A stretch of DNA of 63,037 nt, filler included, from Octopus bimaculoides (GCF_001194135.2; 5 parts of 5 records of this genome joined end to end with filler, not necessarily neighbours in it); one strand, 5' to 3'. Counted from the first letter of the whole stretch, positions 1 through 12,740 are shown. Notes: generated by a model from the sequence alone, not told the origin. Numbers and translations are program-made.

Positions 1-57
1 GTGAAAAGTAAATAAATTAATAAATAAATAAATAGAATTATGTGGTGGAAGACGAAA

Positions 58-158
58 GAGAAGAAGAAGAAGAAGAAGAAGAAGAAGAAGAAGAAGAAGA
101 AGAAGAAGAAGAAGAAGAAGAAGAAGAAGAAGAAGAAGAAGAAGAAGAAGAAGAAGAG
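58..158. repeat. (GAA)n microsatellite
   Basis: Pure GAA run; source of the poly-K ORF 40..237. Confidence 0.97.
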
Positions 159-349
159 GTGGGTGAGAGTGGAGGTGGCTGGAGGAGATGATGCTGATGG
201 TGTTTCTATGTCTGCGAAGGAAGGCGTTGGTGGTTAGGGTTGATGGTCGTGGCGGGTGGTAAGATCCATCATATTCTTTCAAACGTTTCCATACAATAGG
301 CCCAGTGTCAACTGAAATTTCATTATGCGTGCGTGGGTATGCATTTGCG

Positions 350-388
<39 letters not shown>

Positions 389-583
389 NNNNNNNNNNNN
401 NNNNNNNNNNNNNNNNNNNNNNNNNNNNNNNNNNNNNNNNNNNNNNNNNNNNNNNNNNNNNNNNNNNNNNNNNNNNNNNNNNNNNNNNNNNNNNNNNNNN
501 NNNNNNNNNNNNNNNNNNNNNNNNNNNNNNNNNNNNNNNNNNNNNNNNNNNNNNNNNNNNNNNNNNNNNNNNNNNNNNNNNNN

Positions 584-626
<43 letters not shown>

Positions 627-636
627 AAATGTGTGT

Positions 637-1017
637 GAGACGCAATGGCCCAGCAGTTAGAGCAGCGGACTCGTGGTCGTAGGATCGTGGTTTCGATTCT
701 CAGAGCGGGCGTTGTGAATGCTTATTTTGCAAAGGCACCTAAAGCACCACGAGGCTCCGGCAGGGGTGGTGGTGGCGAACCCTGCTGTATTCTTTCACCA
801 CAACTTTCTCTCATTCTTTCTCCCTATTTCTGTTGTACCTGTATTTCAAAGGGCCAGCCTTGTCGCACTCTGTGTCACGCTGAATCTCCCCGAGAACTAC
901 GTTAAAAGTACACGTGTCTGTGGGGTACACAGTCACTTGCACGTTAGTTTCACGAGCAGGTTGTTGCGTTGATCGGATCAACTGGGACCTTCGTCGTCGC
1001 AACCGACGCAGTGCCAC
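637..1017 (+). mobile_element. tRNA-derived SINE, family C (apparently full length)
   Basis: 5' tRNA-like head with A-box-like TGGCCCAGCAGTTAG and B-box-like GGTTTCGATTC; 3' tail ...CACGAGCAGGTTGTTGCGTTGATCGGATCAACTGGGACCTTCGTCGTCGCAACCGACG recurs inverted at ~18851-18930. Confidence 0.75.
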
Positions 1018-1065
1018 GTCATATATATATATATATACATTATATATGTGCATAAATAAAATCTT

Positions 1066-1178
1066 TTCTTTTACTTGTTTTAGTCATTAGACTGCGGCCA
1101 TGCTGGGACACCACCTTCAAGAAAGTTTTGTCGAATAAAGTAACCCCAGAACTTTTTTAAGCCTGGCATTTATTCTAT
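1066..1178 (-). mobile_element. SINE family B, 3' end fragment
   Basis: Reverse complement of the family B terminus (CCAGCATGGCCGCAGTC..TGACT..AACAAGTAAAA). Confidence 0.8.
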
Positions 1179-2139
1179 GGACCTCTTTTTCGATAAAGTT
1201 TCAGAATTGCTGCCAGCTTTTGATTTTCATCTCTCTGAGAGCGATAAACTTCTGCTCAACTTCAGAGATCGGTTCTTCGTCTCTCAATCTCTGTCTCGTG
1301 AATTCGGCTGCATTACACAAATTTCCGACCAATTTCTGAACTCCAATAAGAAGCGAAGTGAAACAGCGAGTATATCATATCACAGTTACATCTTTCATAC
1401 AAGAGTACCCAACGTTGAAATAGATTATTACTACGAAGAAAAGATTTATCTGTTAATTCTTTAACCGCGTAATCAAATTTCATGGTCATTTCCGTTAATT
1501 ATCCACCAAAAGTAGAATTAACACTTACTCCTTCTGCACTACTCTTTCAATATCTCCTATAAGTGTGATTTTCATATCCACCAGTAACAGTATTTCATTC
1601 TTGCTCTGTAAAAAGATTTTCGATAGAATATGTGATAAAAACTGGANNNNNNNNNNNNNNNNNNNNNNNNNNNNNNNNNNNNNNNNNNNNNNNNNNNNNN
1701 NNNNNNNNNNNNNNNNNNNNNNNNNNNNNNNNNNNNNNNNNNNNNNNNNNNNTTTTTTTTTTTTTTTAAGCAGTGGCGTAAAACCACTTTCTGCAGTAAA
1801 CGGTAATAAAATCTTGAGCTGATATATCCGATTTCTGCGTTCAAGGGGTTATAAACGAAATGTCAATTATTATTGACTTCCCTTTTACAATAATTAAGCG
1901 AAATCTAGCTGTCTTATTGTCTGTGCAAAAGTAATTTATATCCTGTCTATAAGTCGATGGCGTTTCTTTATATTAATAAAGTCAAGCTGTCTTGTTTAGC
2001 AACAACCTGGAGTGGGATATCATGTTCCTGCAGCATGTGTGTCCGTGTGCATGTTTTAAATACACACGCATATATACATACATACATATATAACCTACAT
2101 ATACACCCGTCCCTACATGCACACGCACACGTGTATATG

Positions 2140-2305
2140 GAACAGACTTCCACACAGTTTTCGCCTACCATATTCACTCACAAAAACTTTGGTCGGGTCG
2201 AGGCTATAACAGAAGTTATTTGGCCAAGGTACCGCGTAGTAGAACTGAACACAAAACTACGTGGCGCAATGCGAGATTGTTTACCACACAGCCGTGCCTG
2301 TACCT
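2140..2305 (-). mobile_element. SINE family B, diverged 5' half
   Basis: Reverse strand reads GGCTGTGTGGTAAA...GTTCAGTTC...ACCTTGGCCAA...TATAGCCTCGACCCGACCAAAG, matching other family B heads with many substitutions. Confidence 0.7.
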
Positions 2306-2934
2306 ACACAGCCATGAATGAATGAATGAATGTGTATATATATATATATATATATATNNNNNNNNNNNNNNNNNNNNNNNNNNNNNNNNNNNNNNNNNNN
2401 NNNNNNNNNNNNNNNNNNNNNNNNNNNNNNNNNNNNNNNNNNNNNNNNNNNNNNNNNNNNNNNNNNNNNNNNNNNNNNNNNNNNNNNNNNNNNNNNNNNN
2501 NNNNNNNNNNNNNNNNNNNNNNNNNNNNNNNNNNNNNNNNNNNNNNNNNNNNNNNNNNNNNNNNNNNNNNNNNNNNNNNNNNNNNNNNNNNNNNNNNNNN
2601 NNNNNNNNNNNNNNNNNNNNNNNNNNNNNNNNNNNNNNNNNNNNNNNNNNNNNNNNNNNNNNNNNNNNNNNNNNNNNNNNNNNNNNNNNNNNNNNNNNNN
2701 NNNNNNNNNNNNNNNNNNNNNNNNNNNNNNNNNNNNNNNNNNNNNNNNNNNNNNNNNNNNNNNNNNNNNNNNNNNNNNNNNNNNNNNNNNNNNNNNNNNN
2801 NNNNNNNNNNNNNNNNNNNNNNNNNNNNNNNNNNNNNNNNNNNNNNNNNNNNNNNNNNNNNNNNNNNNNNNNNAAAGAAGGAAGAGAAATCGCCAACAGC
2901 ACGCGTGCAGTTATATTTCTGTGTGTGTGTGCTT

Positions 2935-3049
2935 GAAAGAATGAAAGCAAAGGTCGGCCTCGGTAGAGTTTGAACTCAGAATGTAAAGACAGACTAGATC
3001 CCCTAAGCATTTTGCCCGACGTGCAAACGATTCTACCAGATCGCCGCCT
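2935..3049 (-). mobile_element. SINE family A, 5' half
   Basis: Reverse strand AGGCGGCGATCTGGTAGAATCGTTTGCACGTCGGGCAAAATGCTTAG...TTCTGAGTTCAAACT matches the family A head. Confidence 0.8.
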
Positions 3050-3954
3050 CAATCCATAATATAACTGAGGTGATATTTCCGACGACAACTCTTGAATTGG
3101 TATTTAATTATCCATCATCCCTAATACCCTCACGCAAACCGCCAGTATCAAGAGACCGAGCAAAATATATGAATAAAAAAAACAAATAAAAAATACATAA
3201 AAAAATTAATAAATAAATAAATAAACAGAGGGGAGAGGGTATTGGCCATCATTTGCTGACTAAGCAAAGTTCTAAGAAAAAAACAAAACAAAACAAAAAC
3301 AGAAATAGATTAGCGCTTCTTAAGTTTTTCAAGAAATGACGAAGATGAAGATACAATTATGGCAAAGCTTAATAAGAGGTATGTTTTTAATTATTCTTAA
3401 AAATTTTAAACCCACTGAAATTAAAGGAACCTAAGAGCGAGGTGTTGTGGGAGATTAAAAATAATTAAGAAATATGTTTTCATGACTTAATTACCGATAA
3501 TTAAATTAATAATATGCATTCAGATTCTCTTTTCTGTTTATGGACTTCTTAAATGTGCATCAAATTTGTGAGGGTACATAAAAAGGGTTATATTTCCTGA
3601 TATGTGAGGAATCTGCAGATGTATGACGCTTCCGTCGTGATGGTCATAGTTGGAGCGTCCTTCGTCATAGTTCTGCTGAATCGAGATTGATCTGGAGATA
3701 AAGCAACGTCGGTTCCCGAAAATTGCTACTCTCGCCGCCTTGTTCTCAGCGTCTCTCACCACCACCATGACCACCACCACCACCACCACTATCACAATCG
3801 CCTCCACCACTATTGCAACCACCATCGCCACCAGCATCAGCATCAGCATCACCACAATTGTCATAAGCACTCTCTCTCTCTCTCTCTCTCTCTCCTCATA
3901 ATCTTAAAGTGAAATATGCCGAAACGCATAAACTGAGAACGGAAGAGGAGAAAG

Positions 3955-4290
3955 AAAGAGAAGCAGAAAGATAGAAAGAGAGTGAGAGAGAGAGAGAGAG
4001 GAAGGTGGGGAAGAGAGAGGACGAGGGAAAGAGTGAGAGAGAGAGGAAGGTGGGGAGAGAGAGGAAGAGGGAAAAGGAGACATTACAATTTAATTTATTA
4101 ATTGAACATGAATGATATAAGCACTTTCTCCTCTTACACACAAAAGAGAAATATACTCAAAGTGAGAGAGAGAGAGAGAGAGGGAGAGAGAGAGAGAGAG
4201 GAGGGAGAGAGACAGAGAGAGAGTGAGTGAGAGAGAGAGAGGAGGGAGAGAGAGAGAGACAGACAGACAGAGACAGAAAGAATGATAGGA
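3955..4290. repeat. (AG)n / purine-rich low-complexity tracts
   Basis: Visible GA-dinucleotide runs with an internal repeated GAGAGAGGAAGGTGGGGA unit. Confidence 0.9.
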
Positions 4291-4654
4291 GGAGAAACAA
4301 GGAGAGAAATAAAAAAAAAAGAGAAAACGAGAGGAACATTAAAACGTTCCAACTGTGACCATCACGATGTCAAAATAAGACAGCCTTGGACCAATGACGC
4401 CAAATAAGTGGTACCAAACAGCTGCGCCAAAACGTTTCAAATCCTGCCCTAACATACCACAGAGATTTCGAAATTCCTTTGTCACGTGGTTACTTCATCA
4501 GTCATAGTTTGACATCTGTCATAGCATGTGTTCTTTCTATGACGTTTACAGATTGTATCAGAGGAAACCCCTATAATGACATATGTCCGACCCTCCACGC
4601 CCCGTAATCATGTTTATCATTTCATATAATCTTCTTTTAATTTTAGTTCATTTT

Positions 4655-4684
4655 TATTGTTGTTGTTGTGGCTGCTGCTGCTGC

Positions 4685-4733
<49 letters not shown>

Positions 4734-4808
4734 CTTCTTCTTCTTCTTCTTCTTCTTCTTCTTCTTCTTCTTCTTCTTCTTCTTCTTCTTCTTCTTCTTC
4801 TTCTTCTT
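4655..4808. repeat. Compound (TTG)n-(TTC)n microsatellite
   Basis: Direct reading. Confidence 0.95.
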
Positions 4809-5094
4809 GAAGTTGTTATGGTGGTCATGATGGTGGTGGCTGCAGTGGTGGTGATTTCTGAGGTTGTTTATCTTTGTTTACCTCTTCACCATCCTCTCTC
4901 ACCTCAAACACGATGGAAAGTTAGTGTAGTAAAGTTGATTGTCGGAATTTCTGCGCCATACAACACACAAACAAACACACACACATGCACACATGCACAC
5001 ATGCACACACGCACGCACACACACAAACATACATACATACATACAAACATACATACGAATACATATCTATACATATATACGTATATACATACAT

Positions 5095-5215
5095 ATATTT
5101 CCTTTCTTTCCATTGTCTTTCCTCTGTTTCTTAGTTGTCTGATGAAGGACTAGCACCCGAAACATTAAAGAACCTTTTGTCTCAAGTGTTATACTAATAA
5201 CATCGGAGTTAAGAC
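5095..5215 (+). mobile_element. Short repeat family G (possible Penelope-like terminus) with decayed hammerhead-like core
   Basis: CTGATGAAGGACTAGCACCCGAAAC followed by AAAGAACC...GTGTTATACTAATA; same layout as 55350-55545. Confidence 0.45.
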
Positions 5216-5258
5216 TTAAACTTCCACTCATGTTGCTTTTTTCTTGATTTTGTTCATT

Positions 5259-5293
<35 letters not shown>

Positions 5294-6063
5294 TGTAAAT
5301 TGAAAACAGAATACAAAGGATGTCGCGGTACACGTGTTTCAAGCTTTATACACAAACTGTCATTACATCAGTATATATTGTTGATATAAAGGATGGTTTA
5401 AAGCTATCTTCAGCCGCAAACATTTTCAGTCCCAAGATTACATCACAAAGATAAAAGAAAAAGGAGAGAGAAAAAGGAAAAGTCCACTTAATATTATCTA
5501 TTATAATAGGCTTATCCTTTAAATTGTTATATCTGCATAAATGTTCGTTGGTATTCAGAAATCTGTCCATATTGTACCACAATACCCTGAATTGTGGTAC
5601 AATATGAACAAATGGATAAGATGGCAGAGGCAGAATGGAAAGTAGGGTTGAAATGGAGGCGGAAACCTTTGGAGGTAAGGTGGTGACGCACACACATCCG
5701 CTTACACACGTATGTGCACGCACACCAGCTCTATAAGTAATGCTCATGTGTCCATGTGTTCATGTGTTGAGTCAATAAATACTGCATACTCTCAAGTGCT
5801 ATCTACTCCATGAACATTGACACTTTAATCTCTAATGAAATTACATAAGACTCATTAATGCCAACACTTCTAATAACTCTCTGGATATTTTTACAACCAT
5901 CTCCGTTTCATAATGGACCCTTCGTTTCGCTTGTATTGTTTTTCGAGTGTTCCTTGCACTCTGTATTTTAATCAACAACACTTTTCTATATTATGTTAAA
6001 CTCAAATTACGCTAAACGTAAACAAACAAACGAAGCTTGCTGTTTAGAACCGTTGAGATGTCT

Positions 6064-6290
6064 TAGAAAGTTAAAGAAGTGATTTTTAAATTCTCAATCG
6101 CAGGATAATGCTAATAATATAGCCTGAACAGGATAAGCTACCCCTATTCTTGCAGGAGGTGTGAGTTCGAGTCTCATAGCTGGCCGCCAACACTTTTTTC
6201 TGCAAAATAGGGATAGCTTATCCTGTTCAGGCTATATTATTAGCATTATCCGGCGTTTGAGAATTTAAAACTCACTTTTTTAACTTTCTA
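6064..6290. mobile_element. Fold-back MITE-like element bounded by TA
   Basis: TAGAAAGTTAAAGAAGTG...GGATAATGCTAATAATATAGCCTGAACAGGATAAGCT is mirrored by AGCTTATCCTGTTCAGGCTATATTATTAGCATTATCC...CACTTTTTTAACTTTCTA; arms ~90 nt. Confidence 0.8.
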
Positions 6291-6812
6291 TATTATATTT
6301 GTTATTTAAATTAATTTGACAAACAAACCAGAATCAAGTGTAGTTGTCTGAGACTAAGGATTATGTAACACTATCGCCACAACCCTTCCGAGCCTTCCTC
6401 CCTTTTCTTTATTCTTTCTTTCTTTCGCTTTCTCTATTTCTTTCCTTCTCCTCTCTCTCTCTTCTCTTTTTCTCTCTTTCATCGTTCACCTCTCCCTTCT
6501 CCCTTCCTTTCGTCTTACTTTTCTTTGACGCCCTCTTTCACTCTTCTCCTCACTCTCTCCCTCTTTCTCATTTCCAAATCTCTCACGTCCTCCCTCACTC
6601 TTGTTCTCTCTCTCTTTTTTTTTTTTGCACTTACTCTTTCTATCTTCCCCTTGTCCTTCTTTTATTCTTTCTTTCTTTCTTTCTTTGTTTCTCTCTCTTC
6701 CCCTCTCACTCCCTCATTTTCTCTCTCTCTTGTACTTGTTTCAAATTATTTTATATTTTGTTTTTTGATTTAGTAGGGTCAGCTGGGCACCGCCAGTGAA
6801 AAAAACAGCACC

Positions 6813-7087
6813 ATGACGCAATTCACTCTGCCAGAAATTTGGGAATGACATGCTGTACTGCTTGGAATTCGTGCCGGAATCTCCAATACGAACATGTCAG
6901 TGTGTTTGGGTGTCAATCTGAGGACAGTGCAAAGGATTACGAAGGTACGGCAGCTCGCAAAACTCACTCTGATCATTCTGATAAGAAAAAGAACTCCTGT
7001 TGGTGAGATCCAAACCATGATTGACAACAATCCCTCCAAGTCAATCAGGTTCATCGCCAGGAACATGGGAGTGTCTGAGTTTCTCAT

Positions 7088-7089
<2 letters not shown>
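6813..7089 (+). pseudogene. Tc1/mariner-superfamily transposase N-terminal (HTH) remnant
   Basis: Frameshifted translation ...LGVNLRTVQRI / YEGTAARKTHSDHSDKKRTP / GEIQTMIDNNPSKSIRFIARNMGVSEFLI resembles the paired HTH region of DD37D/maT-like transposases; cut by (TA)n and a gap. Confidence 0.65.
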
Positions 7090-7122
<33 letters not shown>

Positions 7123-8027
7123 NNNNNNNNNNNNNNNNNNNNNNNNNNNNNNNNNNNNNNNNNNNNNNNNNNNNNNNNNNNNNNNNNNNNNNNNNNNNNN
7201 NNNNNNNNNNNNNNNNNNNNNNNNNNNNNNNNNNNNNNNNNNNNNNNNNNNNNNNNNNNNNNNNNNNNNNNNNNNNNNNNNNNNNNNNNNNNNNNNNNNN
7301 NNNNNNNNNNNNNNNNNNNNNNNNNNNNNNNNNNNNNNNNNNNNNNNNNNNNNNNNNNNNNNNNNNNNNNNNNNNNNNNNNNNNNNNNNNNNNNNNNNNN
7401 NNNNNNNNNNNNNNNNNNNNNNNNNNNNNNNNNNNNNNNNNNNNNNNNNNNNNNNNNNNNNNNNNNNNNNNNNNNNNNNNNNNNNNNNNNNNNNNNNNNN
7501 NNNNNNNNNNNNNNNNNNNNNNNNNNNNNNNNNNNNNNNNNNNNNNNNNNNNNNNNNNNNNNNNNNNNNNNNNNNNNNNNNNNNNNNNNNNNNNNNNNNN
7601 NNNNNNAGAGGGAGAGAGAGAGAGAGAGAGAGTTTTGCTATTATACATCATTATAAAATGAGCGACAAGGATTGCAACGAAGGGTTCGATCGGTACATCG
7701 TCCAGGGTTCTAGAAAACCACACATAGGTCTCTATTTGCCGGGTTACTCCCTAAAGCAAAATGAAACCCCCGGCACTTTATTGAAATATTTCTTTTAGAA
7801 ACCCCCTGGTTACTGGCCCCCGAAGCATTGTTGTTACACTCCTACAAATTTCTCTCGGAGTGCCTGCTGCTAGTTAATGAAGCACTCGTCAACCTTGCAG
7901 TGCTGCCACACCCTACAGTTGTGTATAATTTGTGTAAGTTATTTTCTCATTATTTAGAAGATCTATTTAAGGTTCACTGTTTGGCCACACTAAATAGATA
8001 CGTGTTGTATCTCAACAAAGATATAAT

Positions 8028-8080
<53 letters not shown>

Positions 8081-8133
8081 NNNNNNNNNNNNNNNNNNNN
8101 NNNNNNNNNNNNNNNNNNNNNNNNNNNNNNNNN

Positions 8134-8179
<46 letters not shown>

Positions 8180-8346
8180 TGTATGTGTGTGTGTGTATTT
8201 ATACATATATATGAATGTATATATATATACATATAAAAATATACATAGATACAAATATATATAATGTATAGATATATAGAAATATACAGGCATATATGTA
8301 TATCTATATACATATATATAAACATACATCCGTTTAGTTTAGTTTC

Positions 8347-8391
<45 letters not shown>

Positions 8392-9689
8392 NNNNNNNNN
8401 NNNNNNNNNNNNNNNNNNNNNNNNNNNNNNNNNNNNNNNNNNNNNNNNNNNNNNNNNNNNNNNNNNNNNNNNNNNNNNNNNNNNNNNNNNNTGTGTGTGT
8501 GTGTGTGTACTATCGACAAATACCGTAATGAAATTTACAGCCTTTTAATACGTATCTTGTAGAGGCGTTTGGGTTAAAACAAAAAAGAGAAAACGAGACA
8601 AAAAAAGATAGACAGAGAAAGTGTGGAAGAGAGCGAATGTACGAAAGTGACTGTGTGTTGGAGAGGGAGAGAAAAAAAAGAAAGAAAGAAGGAAAGAAAG
8701 AAAGAAAGAAAGAAAGAAGGAAGGAAGGAAAGAAAGAAAAAAGAAGAGAAAGTGAGCATAAGTTTCTATCTGTAATAGTAATTATAATGGAAATAAAATG
8801 TATTTTCTAAAACTTTTATTTGAAAATATATGTATCAACCGGGAACATTTATTTAACAGCAGGGGTAGGAAACTGTATCGCTGAGGTCGCAAAATCCTTT
8901 GCCCTCTCCGCTTTTTCCATTGTACATATAACAACTTACAGATGTCTTGTAGTTGCTGTGTACAAGTGATTGGATTGGCACACACTGGGTGACTATTGGA
9001 ACTCTGTGAGAAATCTCTGCTGATATTCAATTATTTATTCATTTATTTATTTGTTTATTTATCTTTTATTGCTTGCTCCACTCATTCGCCTATGGCCAAG
9101 CTGGAGTACCGTATTGAGGAATGAACTGAGCCCATAAACGACCTTGCCCGGACTTGTGCCCCGGAGGGTAACTTTCTAGGGGCAATCCCATGGTCAGTCA
9201 TTACCGAAGGGGGGGCTCAGCAGCAGCAGGTATTTCGTCCGTCTTCACGTCCTGAGTTCAAATTCAGCTGAAGTCGAGCTTGCTCNNNNNNNNNNNNNNN
9301 NNNNNNNNNNNNNNNNNNNNNNNNNNNNNNNNNNNNNNNNNNNNNNNNNNNNNNNNNNNNNNNNNNNNNNNNNNNNNNNNNNNNNNNNNNNNNNNNNNNN
9401 NNNNNNNNNNNNNNNNNNNNNNNNNNNNNNNNNNNNNNNNNNNNNNNNNNNNNNNNNNNNNNNNNNNNNNNNNNNNNNNNNNNNNNNNNNNNNNNNNNNN
9501 NNNNNNNNNNNNNNNNNNNNNNNNNNNNNNNNNNNNNNNNNNNNNNNNNNNNNNNNNNNNNNNNNNNNNNNNNNNNNNNNNCCCCCATTTTGCAGAGAAA
9601 AGTGTGGGCGGCCAGCTGTGTTATCTTGGCAATATATTACAAGATCTTTGACCATGGGACTGCTTTCAGAACTGATTTAGTTCAGAGTG

Positions 9690-10354
9690 GAGGTGGGGGG
9701 GGGGGCATGCGCTGTTGCAGCAAGTCACTGCGTTCACCATTTGTTGGTATTTGCTCGGGTCCTCCCGGATGACCCTCAGCTCAGTGTCGCATCCAGCCCC
9801 CATTTTCTGCGAAATGCTTCCTCATTCATAGTAATCACGTGGACTGTGGTCGACCAACACGAGCTGTTGGTCCCAGCCGGATCTTCAAAGATAAGAACAT
9901 GGTATGCAAGTTCTAACTCGAAAAATCGAGCAACATTACCAAAATCTGAGCTGACGCTCCCTAATCCCACAAGTAACAGGATGCATCCCAGTTCTTGAGT
10001 CAAGTCGTTGGTTGGATGCAAAATTCGACCAATTATAATTCATAATCTTGCGAGGCGTCCCGGTATCAAATGTAATAATGATTTCAAAATTACTGGCCTT
10101 GAGCTAAAATATGAAACCAACGTTTTACATAGTTGTAGGGATCAACCAGTTAGGATCGAAGGCTTCTTTGCGCTATCTGCAAGCATAAACTCGCTATGAA
10201 GTGGTGGGGGAAACGGGTGAGTGATGATTCATCAGAATAGATTATATTGACCAACTTTGGCCGTTTCTAATAACCTAGACATCATTTTTCCCTGCTTATC
10301 TATATTGATGAAGGACCGAAGGTTTAAGAATTGCACCCCTGGCCCCAACATGGC
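9690..10354 (-). mobile_element. RTE-like LINE 3' remnant (ORF2 C-terminus)
   Basis: Minus-strand frames give FDTGTPRKIMNYNWSNFASNQRL..GMHPVTCGIRERQLRFW / NVARF / IREDPSKYQQMVNAVTCCNSACP, typical of the post-RT region of RTE-clade ORF2. Confidence 0.65.
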
Positions 10355-10945
10355 NNNNNNNNNNNNNNNNNNNNNNNNNNNNNNNNNNNNNNNNNNNNNN
10401 NNNNNNNNNNNNNNNNNNNNNNNNNNNNNNNNNNNNNNNNNNNNNNNNNNNNNNNNNNNNNNNNNNNNNNNNNNNNNNNNNNNNNNNNNNNNNNNNNNNN
10501 NNNNNNNNNNNNNNNNNNNNNNNNNNNNNNNNNNNNNNNNNNNNNNNNNNNNNNNNATCAAATGTAATAATGATTTCAAAATTACTGGCCTTGAGCTAAA
10601 ATATGAAACCAACGTTTTACATAGTTGTAGGGATCAACCAGTTAGGATCGAAGGCTTCTTTGCGCTATCTGCAAGCATAAACTCGCTATGAAGTGGTGGG
10701 GGAAACGGGTGAGTGATGATTCATCAGAATAGATTATATTGACCAACTTTGGCCGTTTCTAATAACCTAGACATCATTTTTCCCTGCTTATCTATATTGA
10801 TGAAGGACCGAAGGTTTAAGAATTGCACCCCTGGCCCCAACATGGCCTCAGTATAATAACTGAAACCGTAAAAATATTTTTAAAAATGTCTCATTAAATT
10901 CGATATTGAAATTATGATTGTGATCTTGGAGATTATCACCTGGAG

Positions 10946-11206
10946 CAATGGTTCTCAACCCCGGTCCATAATGACCCTTGGGGTTGCATAGAAGATTTTT
11001 GTTGTTAAAATTTATGTGTAATAAATTGGTTATGCTTCTACAATGCAGAAAATATTTTAATTTTTTTAAAATACAATTCCTTATAATATTTAATTATAAA
11101 ACTATCGCACGATTTTTTAAATCATCGAATGGCCATGAGGACCCATCGGAGTAAAATAGGAATCAAAGAGGTCCATAGATTTTTTTTAAACGGTTGAGAA
11201 ACGCTG
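10946..11206. mobile_element. Non-autonomous hAT-type DNA transposon (MITE)
   Basis: Imperfect TIRs CAATGGTTCTCAACC ... GGTTGAGAAACGCTG; flanking 8-mers ACCTGGAG / GCCTAAAT match only 4/8. Confidence 0.6.
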
Positions 11207-11254
11207 GCCTAAATTAACGTGTAAGTTAAGTGACTTGCTCAAGAATTCAAGCTG

Positions 11255-11348
11255 GGAAGGTCTGAGAGTCGAACACACGATCTAACGGTTATAAGACCCC
11301 ACCCCACACACAAAAAAAAAAAAACACGAAACCGCTACGCCATACGAC
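11255..11348 (-). mobile_element. tRNA-like SINE head fragment
   Basis: Reverse strand GTCGTATGGCGTAGCGG (A box) ... GTGTTCGACTC (B box), interrupted by a poly-T/TG insert. Confidence 0.45.
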
Positions 11349-11764
11349 TTCATACGCAACAAACATACATACCTCTGCCTAAAAATTCTTTAATCGCAAT
11401 CAGGAAATGTTGAAACCAGGAAATCACAGCAGAATTCTGTGAAAATCTTAACTGCCTCATTAAATTCGATATTGAAATTGGAATCGCAAATGAAATGATA
11501 ATTTTGTTTTTGTTATGTTATTTGTTTGTTTGCTTCTTAGATTTGAAACACGTTCTCCTGAGAATATTCTTCCGCTTTCGAGATCAAAGAAATTTTAAAA
11601 GATTTCTTTTTTTTTTTTTTCATTTTTTTTTTTCGTTTTGTTGTTGTTATTGTTGTTCACCACCATGTGTGGTAAATCAATCATATACACGAAGCAACAA
11701 CAATAACAGGGAGAGCAACAACTGCGACTACAACGAGAAAATTTTAAATGGAATAAAGTAACGC

Positions 11765-11938
11765 ATACATACATACATACATGCGGGTGTGTATATACAT
11801 ATACATACATATATATATATATATATATGTGTGTATATATATATATATATATGCAGACACACACACAAACACATATATATAATGTTAATAACTTGTTTTT
11901 GTTTTTATAGATTATATACTTATGTCTATATGTGTGAG

Positions 11939-11989
<51 letters not shown>

Positions 11990-12210
11990 TCATACATGCA
12001 TGTATGTATATATACATATACATATATATACATATATATGTACATATATATATATGTACATATATATGTGTATATATACATATACATATATATATATATA
12101 TACATATATACATAATATACATATACATACATAGACATATATATATATATATACATGTATATATATATATATTTACATAAAGATATATATGCTCATACAT
12201 TTATATATGG
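11765..12210. repeat. (TA)n/(TACA)n degenerate microsatellite field
   Basis: Direct reading. Confidence 0.95.
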
Positions 12211-12514
12211 ATACAGTCATGCACATACACGCACATAAATATATACATGTAGACACTCATATATGAGTGTGTGTGTGTGTGTTTATATAAGGTTTGTTTA
12301 AAAAGAAACCCAATTTTTAAAACAACGAGACAACCAGCCGTCGCAGCATGCTTGCGGCTGCAGTGCTGTGAATAGGTGACCTTTATTATCAATAACATAA
12401 TACTCACATCATGTTGTTAGTTTGTCTCTTCCCCATTTTCTCTCATTGTATATCTATGTATGTGCGTGTGGTAGTGTGTATACTTGTGTGTGTGTGTATT
12501 ATTGATACGTGGAT

Positions 12515-12660
12515 AACTCTTCGAAACGCCGGTGTTTTAATGGTGGCAGCTGATGAAGGATATGTTCTCTATGTGGCCTGCCTGTTTGTTGTACCTTGTT
12601 TATCATTTTGTCCATGTTTTTTTGCAACGTCATGTACCTAGATATGTATCTATATGTACA
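12515..12660 (+). mobile_element. Short repeat family E (possible Penelope-like terminal repeat)
   Basis: CTCTTCGAAACGCC...AGCTGATGAAGGA..TTCTCTATGTGGCCTG...GTCATGTACC; inverted copy at 57490-57675, and related to both arms of the 28537-29029 palindrome. Confidence 0.6.
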
Positions 12661-12740
12661 TGTAGATGAAGGTATGTACATACATGTACATATATATGCA
12701 TGTACTCATATATTGTGTGTATATATATATATATATATAA

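Noticed and set aside
40-237. Poly-Lys ORF and the many YI/CV/HT/RE/LS/poly-I/poly-N ORFs across the window
   Set aside because: They are translations of microsatellites that lack stops in some frames.
637-710. Functional tRNA genes at SINE heads (also 17890, 19175, 26517)
   Set aside because: Cloverleaf stems are incomplete and the heads run into SINE bodies.
1177-1464. 95-aa ORF of ordinary composition
   Set aside because: Starts inside a SINE fragment; no motif or splice support recognised.
7702-7809. Possible small MITE (CCAGGGTTCTAGAAAA ... TTTTAGAAACCCCCTGG)
   Set aside because: The inverted match is short and gapped, with no TSD and no second copy.
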